From contig CAWKJL010000003.1 of the NCBI GenBank assembly GCA_963850045.1, positions 368,819-432,818 on the forward strand: a stretch of DNA of 64,000 nt. The letters are read 5' to 3'. Under the pieces are notes generated by a model. That model did not search any database and was not told the DNA's origin. It saw only the letters and a list, made by a program, of their open reading frames with translations. Positions 37,613 through 47,225 of the stretch are shown here, one piece after another. Source of the stretch: an uncultured Chloroflexia bacterium. GTDB lineage: Bacteria > Chloroflexota > Limnocylindria > Limnocylindrales > CSP1-4. Numbering within the stretch: position 1 is the first letter of the stretch; each line of letters starts with the position of its first letter. The position numbers and the translations under genes are program-made.

Positions 37613-38288
37613 TCAGGGCGTGACGTCGGCACAGATGACATATGCCCGTATCGTGGTGCCGGAGCTCATCCTGGCGATCCAGCCGATCGGCAGATTGCCG
37701 GTGGTCACGATCGGGTAGGAGTACTGCACGGTGCCGTCGCTGTTTACCCCGCCGCCGGTCGCGACATCGCCAGCATCACAATCCACGACCCGCAATGTCC
37801 GACTCAGGAGCGGGAGAATCGAAGGTAGGTCGTCGGCACGCCGCCGAGACCGGGAGGCCCCGACGCGCCCCGCAGGGCCGGCATCGCCCTTCGGACCGCC
37901 GCCGCACCCGCCGGGCCCGCATCGCCCTTCGGCCCCGCCGCACCCGCCGGGCCAGGGATACCGGCCGGACCCGCTGGGCCAGCGACACCGGCCGGTCCCG
38001 CGGCGCCCGTCGCGCCCTTCTGGCCCGCAAGGCCAGTCGCACCGGTCGCGCCTTGGGTCCCCGTTGGTTCCAGCTCAATGCCGTCTCTTTCGAGGTGCAC
38101 GTCTCGGAAGCCGGCGGGGCCGGGTCGATCACCCGCAGGACGCCGATTTGATCGGCGACGCAGCCGTTGATCACGTCGCTCGAGTCCGGGTTGTTCGCGC
38201 TCGCAAGACCAGTCGACGAGACGAGCAGAACGAGCATCGATGCGACGATGACCGGCGACGGCCGGGCAGGGCGACGCAGGACCGACAT
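37613..38288 (-). CDS. secreted collagen-like (Gly-X-Y) repeat protein with a C-terminal globular domain, with frame changes inside the repeat tract
   Basis: Signal peptide MSVLRRPARPSPVIVASMLVLLVSSTGLASA. GATGATGLAGQKGATGAAGPAGVAGPAGPAGIPGPAGAAGPKGDAGPAG in ORF 37804..38364. C-terminal domain in ORF 37613..37795. Confidence 0.5.
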
Positions 38289-38703
38289 CTGAACCTCCGG
38301 GGTTGTGGCCAACGGGCCGTCGCAAGCGGTCTGCCAGCGACATCGGCCCACCGCGCATCCCCAAGGCCGAACCGTCGGGCTTCGCGTCATCAACGTCATC
38401 GGTCGATCGACCGATGGAGCCATGTCAGCGATACCGATGGGGTTGCATGATCCCGAGTTCCGCCTGCGGCTGTCCTCTACCGCCGCCGGAACGCCTCGAA
38501 CCCGGGATAGGCGGCGGCCCAGGCCAACACCGCGGTTGCGAGCGGCAGGTCGGGCGATGCACTGGCCTCGGCCCGGTCCCGGAGCCTGCCGAGGGCGACC
38601 AGGAGCGGCCGTCCCGCGTCGACCAGGAGCCCGGCCTCGGCGAGCAGGCCCGTCCAGCGCCGAGTCCTCCAGCGCCGGCTGACCCGTTCCTGCCCCGCGA
38701 GGT

Positions 38704-39180
38704 CAACCGAGCCAGGGGATGAGCCGCCGGGTGCGAGTCCGGTACGCCGGGTAGTCGGGGAAACGCTCGACGAGCCACACCTCCTCGCGCATCGACTTGG
38801 CCGTGAAGAATCCCCAGACGATCGCCGCCATGACCAGCGCCGGGATCGATGCCGTCAGCAGGGCCCAGCCGACAGACGGCGAGGACGATCCCGCCGTAGA
38901 TGGGATGACGGACCCGCCGGTAGACGCCGGTCTGGATGAGCGTCGCGTCGGCGAGCGGGTGCGGAAACGGCGTCAACGCCGTCCCGAGGTCGCGCGAGCC
39001 CCGGATGGCGAGGACGGCGCCGGCTCCGATCAGCACCACCCCGAGGACGCCACCGACCACCCGGGCCGGACCATCCCACGCGGGGCCGAACCAACCGGCA
39101 GCGGCCGTCATGACCAGGAGCGCCCCCTGGGCGACGACCCAGCCCTCACCGCGCGATCCGAGAGCCGGTAGCCGAGTCAT
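38704..39180 (-). CDS. isoprenylcysteine carboxyl methyltransferase (ICMT)/phospholipid methyltransferase-family membrane protein, with a frame change near 38870
   Basis: Motif GVYRRVRHPIYGG. The C-terminus continues in another frame (my own translation: ...FFTAKSMREEVWLVERFPDYPAYRTRTRRLIPWLG). Overlaps the helicase stop (ATGA). Confidence 0.55.
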
Positions 39181-40871
39181 GCCGTCATCGTAGCGACCGA
39201 CCACCTCGCTCGACGACATCCTCCTCGATCCCCAGTTCCTCGGCGCTGAACGCCTCCCGCAGGAACGGCGAGGGCGCGGCCGGGTCGTACAGCAGCGTCA
39301 GCGACCGCCGCGCCCGGGTCCACGCGACGTACGCGAGGCGCCGCTCCTCCTCGTAGGCGCGCTCGGGATCGACGGCCTCCCCGACCGCGCGAGCGCTCGG
39401 GAAGCGGGCCGCGTCCATGCCGACGACCACGACATGGTCGAACTCGAGGCCCTTCGTGGCGTGCGCCGTGGCCAGCGTCAGCGGGGCGTCGTCGCGGCGC
39501 AGGTCGGCGAGCCGACGTCGGCCGTCCAGCACGGCGTCGCGGAAGGCGTCGAATCCCGGGTAGCCGGCCGCCCAGGCGAGCATCGCGGTCGCGAGGGCAT
39601 GGTCGCCCGGCCCCGGCGCAGGCGTCGTCCGCGGCCCGGGCCCGGACGATGCCGAGCGCCACGAGCGGCGGTCGCCCGCCCCGGACGAGCCCCGCGGCCT
39701 CGACCAGCAGCCCGTCGAGCGCCGGGTCCTCCAGCGGCAGCGCGAGCCGCGGCGCCCGGAACGGCCGGCCGAGGGCCAGCGCGACCACGACGGCCGGGAT
39801 CAGCTCGCGGTTCGTGCGGGCGAGGACCGCCTGCGTGGAGCCGTCGTCGGGCCAGGTGCGCATGACCCGCTCGAGCCGGACCGCATCGTCCTCGCCGTCG
39901 GGCGCCAGGACCAGCCGCCCGGCGGCCGACGGTCCGGCGCGGATCCGCTTGGCGAACCGCTCGTCGTTGTGCTCGACGAGCCGCACCGCCCGCTCGACGA
40001 CCGGAGCCGGACACCGGTAGTTCACCTCGAGGTCGATCCGCCGCAGCCCGTCGAGCAGGGCGTCGAGCCCGAGGACGCGCCGCACGTCGGCGAGCCGCCA
40101 GCCGTAGATCGACTGGTCGTCGTCGCCGACGAGGAGGATCCGGTTCGCCGGCGCGGCGAGGAGGAGCGCCAGCCGGAGCTGGGCCCGGTCGACGTCCTGG
40201 ACCTCGTCGACCAGCAGGTGGGCGCAGCGGTCCCGCCAGCGGGCGAGGCATGCGGGATCGGCCTCGAGCCAGCGAGATCGCCCCGAGCACGAGGTCGTCG
40301 AAGTCCAGCTCGCCCGCGCGCCGACAGCACGCGCTCGTACGCGACGAAGGTCTGCCCGGTCGGCCCGGCATCCGGGTCCGCGGCGACATCGTCGGCGCGC
40401 GACCTCCAGCTCGACCTTCAGCCGCGAGATCGCGCCGTCGAGCTCGCACGAGGCGGGCGTCGTCGGCGTCGGGCTCGAGCTCGCGCAGGACGGTCGCCCG
40501 GTCGGCGAGGTCGACCTCGACGCCCGGCATCGCGCAGGATCTCCAGGCCGAGCGCGTGGAAGGTGCGGACGCGGACGCCGCCAGTCGCGACCCCGAGCGG
40601 CGCCAGCGCGAGCATCCAGTCGCTCGCCGAGCTCCGCCGCGGCGCGGCGGTTGAACGTGATGGCCGCGATGGTGTCGGGCGGGACGCCGGCGTCGACGAG
40701 CCAGGCGATCCGCGCGACGAGGGTCGTCGTCTTGCCGGAACCCGCGGGTGCGACGACCAGGACCGGACCGGGCGGCGCGGTCGCAGCGGCCCGCTGGTCG
40801 GGTGCGAGGCGGGCCAGCCGCTCGGCCACGGACGGGTGCATCGACATGCCCGCGAGTCTGCGCAGGGGCAC
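39177..40871 (-). CDS. UvrD/PcrA-like superfamily I DNA helicase (short form), with three or more frame changes in 40300-40620
   Basis: Walker A LVVAPAGSGKTTTLVARIAWL. DEVQD (DExx box) and LVGDDDQSIYGWR motifs. C-terminal segment ATAHATKGLEFDHVVVVG is in ORF 39185..39583. Confidence 0.6.
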   Translation of the reverse strand: MPLRRLAGMSMHPSVAERLARLAPDQRAAATAPPGPVLVVAPAGSGKTTTLVARIAWLVDAGVPPDTIAAITFNRRAAAELGERLDARAGAARGRDWRRPRPHLPRARPGDPARCRASRSTSPTGRPSCASSSPTPTTPASCELDGAISRLKVELEVARRRCRRGPGCRADRADLRRVRARAVGARASWTSTTSCSGRSRWLEADPACLARWRDRCAHLLVDEVQDVDRAQLRLALLLAAPANRILLVGDDDQSIYGWRLADVRRVLGLDALLDGLRRIDLEVNYRCPAPVVERAVRLVEHNDERFAKRIRAGPSAAGRLVLAPDGEDDAVRLERVMRTWPDDGSTQAVLARTNRELIPAVVVALALGRPFRAPRLALPLEDPALDGLLVEAAGLVRGGRPPLVALGIVRARAADDACAGAGRPCPRDRDARLGGRLPGIRRLPRRRAGRPTSARRPAPRRRPADAGHGARHEGPRVRPCRGRRHGRGPLPERSRGRGGRRSRARLRGGAAPRVRRVDPGAAVADAAVRPGRALAVPAGGVQRRGTGDRGGCRRARWSVATMTA

Positions 40872-40902
40872 GTATCGGCGGCTTCTCGTCTAGCATCGAG
40901 GG

Positions 40903-42753
40903 GTGACCCCCGCGCTCGAAGCCACGCTCAAGGGCCTCCCGGACCGGCCCGGCGTCTACCTCATGAAGGACGACCGCGGCGACGTCGTCTACGTGGGCAA
41001 GGCGCAGAGCCTGCGCAACCGGGTCCGCTCGTACTGGCAGAAGGCGACGCCGGCCGGCGAGATCCACCGCATCCGGAGCGTCATCGACCGGGTCGCCGAG
41101 GTCGAGTACACGCTCACGGACTCTGTCTCCGAGGCGCTTCTCCTCGAAGCCAACCTCATCAAGCGCTTCAAGCCGCGCTTCAACGTCCGGCTGAAGGACG
41201 ACAAGAGCTACCCGTACATCAAGGTCACCCTCGGCGACGACTTCCCGCGCGTCGAGCGGACGCGCAAGCTCCCCAACGACGGCAGCCGCTACTTCGGGCC
41301 GTACGCGTCGGCGACCAGCGTCGACGAGTCGATGAACCTCGTCCGGCGGCTCTTCCCGTTCCGGACCTGCACGATCGAGATCAAGGACGGCGAGCGGGCG
41401 CTCCAGCGGCCGTGCCTCCTCTACCACATCAAGAAGTGCCAGGGCCCTTGCATCCAGGCCATCGCGAAGGACGACTACCGGGCCGACATCGCCCAGGTCG
41501 AGCTGTTCCTCGAAGGCCGGCAGGAGACGCTCGTGACCGCGTTGCAGCGCGAGATGGCGGCGGCCGCGGAGCGCACCGACTACGAGGCGGCCGCCGCGCT
41601 CCGCGACAAGATCCGCGCCATCGAGCGGACGATGGAGAGCCAGAAGATGGCCGCGTTCGCGCGGACCGAGCTCGACCTCGTCGGGCTCGCCCGGCAGGAC
41701 AACCAGGCGGCCGTCCAGCTGTTCGCGATCCGTGCCGGCAAGCTGGTCGGGCGCGACGTCTTCCTGCTCGAAGCCATGCGCGAGGCGAGCGACGACGAGG
41801 TCGTCGCCAGCTTCATCGAGCAGTACTACGCGCGCGCGACCTCGATCCCGCGCGAGGTCTACCTCCCGACCCTGTCCGACGACGTCGCCGACCTCGAGGC
41901 GTTCCTCGCCGACCGCCGGGGCGGTCCCGTCCATCTCAAGCTCGCCCAGCGCGGCGAGAAGCGCGAGCTGATGGCGCTCGCCACGCGCAATGCCGCCGAG
42001 ACCCTCGCGAAGGAGCAGGCCCGCTGGCTCGTCGACCAGGGCAAGACGCTGGCCGCGCTCGAGGAGCTGGCGGAGGCGCTCGGGCTGCCCGGCCCGCCGG
42101 CGCGGATCGAGTGCTACGACATCAGCAACTTCCAGGGCAGCGAGTCGGTCGGGAGCATGGTCGTCTTCGAGGAGGGCAAGCCGCGCAGCGGCGAGTACCG
42201 GCGGTTCCGCATCAAGACGGTCGAGGGACCGAACGACTTCGCGAGCCACCAGGAGGTCCTGCGCCGGCGGTTCCGGGCGAGCCGGGTGGGGCAGGAGGGC
42301 AGCGAGGAGGAGCGCCGCTGGGCGATGCCCGACCTCGTCGTGATCGACGGCGGCCGCGGCCAGGTCGCGGCGGCGAAGGTCGTGCTCGACGAGCTCGGGC
42401 TCCACGACCTTGCGCTGGTGGGCCTGGCAAAGGAGCGCGAGGAGCTGTTCCTGCCGGGCCGCGCCGACCCGGTCGTGCTCGCCGCGACCTCACCGGCCCT
42501 GTATCTCGTGCAGCGCCTCCGCGACGAGGCCCATCGGTTCGCCATCACCTATCACCGCGACCTGCGCGCGAAACGGGCCGTCCGCTCGGCCTTCGACGAC
42601 CTGCCCGGCGTCGGACCGAAGCGGAAGCGCGAGCTGCTCAAGGTCTTCGGCTCGATCAAGCGCGTCCGCGAGGCGCCGGTCGAGCAGATCGCCGCGGTGC
42701 CCGGCATCGGCCGCTCCTTGGCCGAGCGGATCAAGGCGACCCTCGACGCCTAG
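40903..42753 (+). CDS. uvrC: excinuclease ABC subunit C
   Basis: Intact 616 aa. GIY-YIG N-terminus GVYLMKD...VVYVGKA. UVR domain. RNase H-like and HhH C-terminus. Confidence 0.9.
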   Translation: MTPALEATLKGLPDRPGVYLMKDDRGDVVYVGKAQSLRNRVRSYWQKATPAGEIHRIRSVIDRVAEVEYTLTDSVSEALLLEANLIKRFKPRFNVRLKDDKSYPYIKVTLGDDFPRVERTRKLPNDGSRYFGPYASATSVDESMNLVRRLFPFRTCTIEIKDGERALQRPCLLYHIKKCQGPCIQAIAKDDYRADIAQVELFLEGRQETLVTALQREMAAAAERTDYEAAAALRDKIRAIERTMESQKMAAFARTELDLVGLARQDNQAAVQLFAIRAGKLVGRDVFLLEAMREASDDEVVASFIEQYYARATSIPREVYLPTLSDDVADLEAFLADRRGGPVHLKLAQRGEKRELMALATRNAAETLAKEQARWLVDQGKTLAALEELAEALGLPGPPARIECYDISNFQGSESVGSMVVFEEGKPRSGEYRRFRIKTVEGPNDFASHQEVLRRRFRASRVGQEGSEEERRWAMPDLVVIDGGRGQVAAAKVVLDELGLHDLALVGLAKEREELFLPGRADPVVLAATSPALYLVQRLRDEAHRFAITYHRDLRAKRAVRSAFDDLPGVGPKRKRELLKVFGSIKRVREAPVEQIAAVPGIGRSLAERIKATLDA

Positions 42754-42783
42754 GACCCGCCGTCGGCGTCCGCCGGACGTTCC

Positions 42784-44163
42784 GTGTACCATCCCGCGGA
42801 CATGCGAAAAGCCGGCCCCATCCTCATCGTCCTGATCGGCGTCATCGCCCTCTTCATCAACTTCTTCCCGAACCTCACCGTACCGGACAGCTCGACCCCC
42901 ACGGGGAGCCGTCCGATCGAGACGAAGTTGGGCCTCGACCTGTCCGGCGGCCTGCGCGTCGAGTACCAGGCGCAGAAGGTCGACGGCAAGGCGCCGACCG
43001 CCGCCGACATGGCGATCATCAAGGACATCATCGAGCGCCGGGTGAACACGACCGGCGTCTCGGAGCCCGTCGTGGTCACGCAGGGCGACGACCGCGTCGT
43101 GGTCGAGCTGCCGGGCGTCACCGACCCCGACGCCGTCCGCCAGCTGGTCGGCCAGACCGGTCGCCTCGACTTCGTTCCGCTCGGCAGCACGTCCGCGACC
43201 GAGGGGCAGGTCCTCGACCTGACCAAGACGCCGCCCCTCTTCAGCGGCGACCAGGTCTCGTCCGCCTCGATCGGCCAGGACCAGAGCGGCGGCCTGACGG
43301 TCAACTTCGTGCTCAAGGGTGACGGCGCCAACCGCTTCGCCGAGTTCACGTCCAAGCACGTCGGCGAGTACTTCGCCATCACCCTCGACTCATCCGTCAT
43401 CTCCGCGCCGCGGATCAACGAGGCCATCCCGGGCGGCAACGTCCAGATCACGGCGGGCGGCATCGGCGGGTTCCCGGCCAAGGAGGCGAACAACCTCGTC
43501 ACGATCCTCAAGTTCGGCTCGCTGCCGTTCCCGATCGTCGAGCTGTCGAGCGAGCGCATCAGCGCGACGCTCGGCTCCCAGTTCCTGAACCAGAGCCTGC
43601 TCGCCGGCGCGCTCGGCATCCTCATGGTGATGACGTTCATGGTCATCTACTACCGCGCCATCGGCCTGATCGCCTGCTTCGCGCTGGCGTACTACACGCT
43701 CGTCGTCGTCGCGATCTTCCGGCTGATCCCGGTCACCCTGACGCTCGCCGGCATCGCGGGCTTCGTGCTGTCCATCGGCATGGCCGTCGACGCCAACATC
43801 CTGATCTTCGAGCGGATGAAGGAAGAGCTGCGCCTGGGCAAATCGCTGCCCGCCGCGGTCGAGGCCGGCTTCAACCGCGCCTGGAATTCGATCCTGGACT
43901 CGAACGTGTCGAGCCTCATCACCGCCGGCATCCTCTACACCTTCGGCTCCTCGACGATCCGCGGGTTCGCGCTCGTCCTGATCATCGGCGTGCTCGTCTC
44001 GATGTTCAGCGCGATCGTCGTGACCCGCTCGATCATGCGGGTCATGGTCCGCCAGAGCTGGGCCAAGCGCGCATCGCTCTACGGCCTGCGGGGCGAGGAG
44101 TTCGTGACCCGCGAGCCGATGGGCCGGCCCTCAACCCGTCGCGGAGCTGCCGAGCGTGTTTGA
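42784..44163 (+). CDS. secD: protein translocase subunit SecD
   Basis: N-terminal transmembrane segment, periplasmic domain, and a C-terminal 5-TM bundle (...GIAGFVLSIGMAVDANILIFERMKEE...). Alternative ATG at 42802. Confidence 0.85.
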   Translation: MYHPADMRKAGPILIVLIGVIALFINFFPNLTVPDSSTPTGSRPIETKLGLDLSGGLRVEYQAQKVDGKAPTAADMAIIKDIIERRVNTTGVSEPVVVTQGDDRVVVELPGVTDPDAVRQLVGQTGRLDFVPLGSTSATEGQVLDLTKTPPLFSGDQVSSASIGQDQSGGLTVNFVLKGDGANRFAEFTSKHVGEYFAITLDSSVISAPRINEAIPGGNVQITAGGIGGFPAKEANNLVTILKFGSLPFPIVELSSERISATLGSQFLNQSLLAGALGILMVMTFMVIYYRAIGLIACFALAYYTLVVVAIFRLIPVTLTLAGIAGFVLSIGMAVDANILIFERMKEELRLGKSLPAAVEAGFNRAWNSILDSNVSSLITAGILYTFGSSTIRGFALVLIIGVLVSMFSAIVVTRSIMRVMVRQSWAKRASLYGLRGEEFVTREPMGRPSTRRGAAERV

Positions 44164-45400
44164 CGTCATCGGCAAGCGTCGGTGGTTCTACGCGTTCTCG
44201 CTCCTCCTGACGATCCCGGGGCTGATCTTCATCCTTCTGACCCCGTTCACGGACGCCGGCCTCCAGTTCAGCATCGACTACACCGGCGGGACCCGCTGGG
44301 AGATCAAGTTCCAGGACCCCAACGTCACGCCCGACCAGGTCGAGGCGGTCTTCGCGGAGCACGGCCTCGAGGCCACCGCGATCACCACGGGCTCCGGCTT
44401 CATCGAGATCCGGACCGTGCTCCCCGTCGGCCTGCAGCCGCAGGCGCCGCAGGCGACCCCGGTCCCGACCCTGGCCCTGCCCTCGACGTCGCCGTCCGGT
44501 TCGCCCGGGGCATCGACCTCGCCCGCCGCGAGTCCCGCGCCGTCCGCGAGTGCTGGCGCGAGCGCGAGTGCCGCCCCATCGGCGAGCGCCGCCGCGAGTG
44601 CCGCGCCGTCCGCCAGCCCGTCAGCCGCCCCATCCGCCAGCCCCTCGGCCAGCCCTTCTGCGAGCCCGTCCGGGAGCGCCTCGCCATCGGCGTCACCGTC
44701 CGCGGCGCCCGCCGGCACGGTCGAGCTGCCGACGACCGGACCGCTCGGCGAGGTCCGCGCCTCCCTCGAGTCCGAGCTCGGTCCCATCGCCGCCCAGAAC
44801 AGCCTGACGACCATCGGGGCCGTGGTCAGCTCCGACCTGATCAGCCAGGCGCTGATCCTCATCCTCGTCGGCTCGGTCGGGATCCTGCTCTGGATCACCT
44901 ATCGCTTCCGCGACGTGAAGTTCGGCGTCACGGCGCTGGTCGCGCTGCTCCACGACGTCATCCTCGTCGTCGGCTTCTTCGCCCTCCTCGGCACGTTCTT
45001 CGGGGTCCAGATCGACGCCCTGTTCGTGACCGCGATGCTGACGATCATCGGCTTCAGCGTGCACGACACCATCGTCGTGTTCGACCGGGTCCGCGAGAAC
45101 CGCGCGCGGCACGCCGGCGAGCCCTTCGCCGACATCGTCAACCACTCGATCCTGCAGACCTTCGGCCGGTCGATCACGACCAGCCTGACCGTCGTCCTGA
45201 CGCTGCTCGCCCTGCTGCTCTTCGGCGGGTCCGCGATCAACGACTTCATCCTGGCGCTGCTGATCGGCATCGTGTCCGGGACCTACTCCTCGATCTTCGT
45301 GGCCAGCCCGCTCCTGGTGGACTGGCACCTCTGGGAGGACCGCCGGCACGGCCGCGTCGCCGCGACCCGCGCGCCCCGACCTCGCCGCTCCGTTTCCTGA
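44156..45400 (+). CDS. secF: protein translocase subunit SecF, carrying an Ala/Ser/Pro-rich insertion of about 100 aa
   Basis: SecF transmembrane bundle (...HDVILVVGFFALLG...FSVHDTIVVFDRVREN...). Overlaps the secD stop by 8 nt. Confidence 0.85.
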   Translation: MFDVIGKRRWFYAFSLLLTIPGLIFILLTPFTDAGLQFSIDYTGGTRWEIKFQDPNVTPDQVEAVFAEHGLEATAITTGSGFIEIRTVLPVGLQPQAPQATPVPTLALPSTSPSGSPGASTSPAASPAPSASAGASASAAPSASAAASAAPSASPSAAPSASPSASPSASPSGSASPSASPSAAPAGTVELPTTGPLGEVRASLESELGPIAAQNSLTTIGAVVSSDLISQALILILVGSVGILLWITYRFRDVKFGVTALVALLHDVILVVGFFALLGTFFGVQIDALFVTAMLTIIGFSVHDTIVVFDRVRENRARHAGEPFADIVNHSILQTFGRSITTSLTVVLTLLALLLFGGSAINDFILALLIGIVSGTYSSIFVASPLLVDWHLWEDRRHGRVAATRAPRPRRSVS

Positions 45401-45455
45401 CCTGATCGATGGAGGCGCCCGTCAAAGCCGCGGTGCAGCGACGGATGTCAGACTG

Positions 45456-47225
45456 ATGGACGTGCTCGAGCCGCGCTTCCGCTGGGTGCTCCCGGACCAT
45501 GTCGAGGTGACGGCCGACGCCTCCGCCGCCGCGACCCGGCATGGCCTCTCCGACCGCGTGGCCGGGCTGCTCGTCGCCCGCGGCGTCCCGGACGGCGCCG
45601 CCATCGACGCCTTCTTCGGGGAGCCGCTCGACGGTCTCCACGACGCGGCCCTCCTCCCCGACATCGACCTCCTCCTGGGGCGCCTGGCCCTCGCGCGCGA
45701 GCAGGGCGAGCGGATCCTCGTGTTCGGCGACTTCGACGCCGACGGGCTGACCGGGCTGGCGATCATGGTCCTGGCGCTCGAGCGCTACGGACTGGCGGTC
45801 GAGCCGTACGTGCCGAGCCGGCTCGACGAGGGCCACGGCCTCTCGATCGCGGCGCTCGACCGGGCCCAGGCTGTCGGGGCGACCGTCATCATCACTGTCG
45901 ATTGCGGCGCCACGAGCCACGCGGAGATCGCGGAGGCGGGCCGGCGGGGCCTCGACGTGATCGTCACGGACCACCATCGCGTGCCCCCGGTCATGCCGTC
46001 GGCCCTGGCGGTCGTGGACCCGCATCGGCCGGACTCGCGCTACCCCGATCGCCGGCTGGCGGGCAGCGGGGTCGCCTTCAAGATCGCCGGGGCGCTCCTC
46101 GCGGACCTGCCCGGCGGACCGGCGACGGCCCTCGCGCTCGCGGACCTCGCCACGATCGGCACCGTCGCGGACGTCGCACCGATCGTCGGGGAGAACCGGG
46201 CCATCGCCCGCCTCGGGCTGGCGATCCTCCGCGCCACGCCCCGCCCGGGGATCGCCGCGATCCTGGAGCGTGCCAATGTCGCGCCGGCCGCGGTCGACCT
46301 CGAAACCGTCTCGTTCGCCATCGCCCCGCGGCTGAACGCGGCCGGTCGGGTCGGCGAGGCCGTCGAGGCAGCGCGGCTCCTGCTGGCGACCACGGCGGAG
46401 GACGCGAACCGCCATGCCGATGCGCTCGAGGCGGCCAACCAGGAGCGCCGTGACCTCCTGAAGACGGCCCTCGTCGAGGCGCGGGCCGCCGTCGACGTGA
46501 CCGCGACGCCGGCCGCGACCCTGATCCACGGCCCGTGGTCGGTGGGCATCGTCGGGCTGCTCGCCGCGCGGCTCGTCGAGGACTTCGGCCGGCCCGCCGT
46601 CGTCGGCTCCGACCAGGGCGGGTCGATCCGCGCGTCCTGTCGCAGCGACGGGTCGATGGACCTCGGCGCGGCCCTCGAGCGCTGCGGCGACCTCTTCACC
46701 CGGTTCGGCGGCCATGCCGGCGCGGCAGGCTTCGAGCTTCCGGCCGCCGACTGGGACGCGTTCTGCGAGCGGTTCCTCGTGCTTGCGGAGGCCACCGCTC
46801 CTGCCGACCCGCGCGTCCCGCTGCGGATCGACCTGGTCGTATCCGCGCTCGAGGTCGACTACGCGTTCCTGCGCGAGATCGCCGGCCTGGCGCCCTATGG
46901 CCCCGGGAACCCGGATCCGCTCGTGGCGGTGCTCGGCATGACGGTGACGCGCGTCCGTGCCGCGACGGGCGGCCACAGCCAGCTCACGTTGCGCCGCGAC
47001 CGCGACGTCCTCGACGGGATCGCGTTCGGCCGGCCCGACCTCGCCGAGGTCATCCACGAGGGGGACCGGCTCGACATCGTCGCCCGGCTCGTCAGCCGGC
47101 GGTTCGGCGGCCTCGAGACGCTCCAGCTCGAGATCCGCGACGCGGCCCCGGCCGGCTACCACCCCGGCCTGCGCGTCGACGCGGCCCTGCCCAGCGACGC
47201 GTCGCTCGCGGGGGTCGGCGCATGA
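45456..47225 (+). CDS. recJ: single-stranded-DNA-specific exonuclease RecJ
   Basis: DHH motifs ILVFGDFDADGLTG and VIVTDHH. DHHA1 region GGHAGAAGFE. Confidence 0.85.
   Translation: MDVLEPRFRWVLPDHVEVTADASAAATRHGLSDRVAGLLVARGVPDGAAIDAFFGEPLDGLHDAALLPDIDLLLGRLALAREQGERILVFGDFDADGLTGLAIMVLALERYGLAVEPYVPSRLDEGHGLSIAALDRAQAVGATVIITVDCGATSHAEIAEAGRRGLDVIVTDHHRVPPVMPSALAVVDPHRPDSRYPDRRLAGSGVAFKIAGALLADLPGGPATALALADLATIGTVADVAPIVGENRAIARLGLAILRATPRPGIAAILERANVAPAAVDLETVSFAIAPRLNAAGRVGEAVEAARLLLATTAEDANRHADALEAANQERRDLLKTALVEARAAVDVTATPAATLIHGPWSVGIVGLLAARLVEDFGRPAVVGSDQGGSIRASCRSDGSMDLGAALERCGDLFTRFGGHAGAAGFELPAADWDAFCERFLVLAEATAPADPRVPLRIDLVVSALEVDYAFLREIAGLAPYGPGNPDPLVAVLGMTVTRVRAATGGHSQLTLRRDRDVLDGIAFGRPDLAEVIHEGDRLDIVARLVSRRFGGLETLQLEIRDAAPAGYHPGLRVDAALPSDASLAGVGA

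Noticed and set aside
44440-44720. Repetitive DNA in secF considered as a possible CRISPR or tandem-repeat locus.
   Set aside because: The repeats are imperfect, in-frame and code an Ala/Ser/Pro linker inside an otherwise normal SecF. There is no spacer/repeat periodicity and no cas genes.
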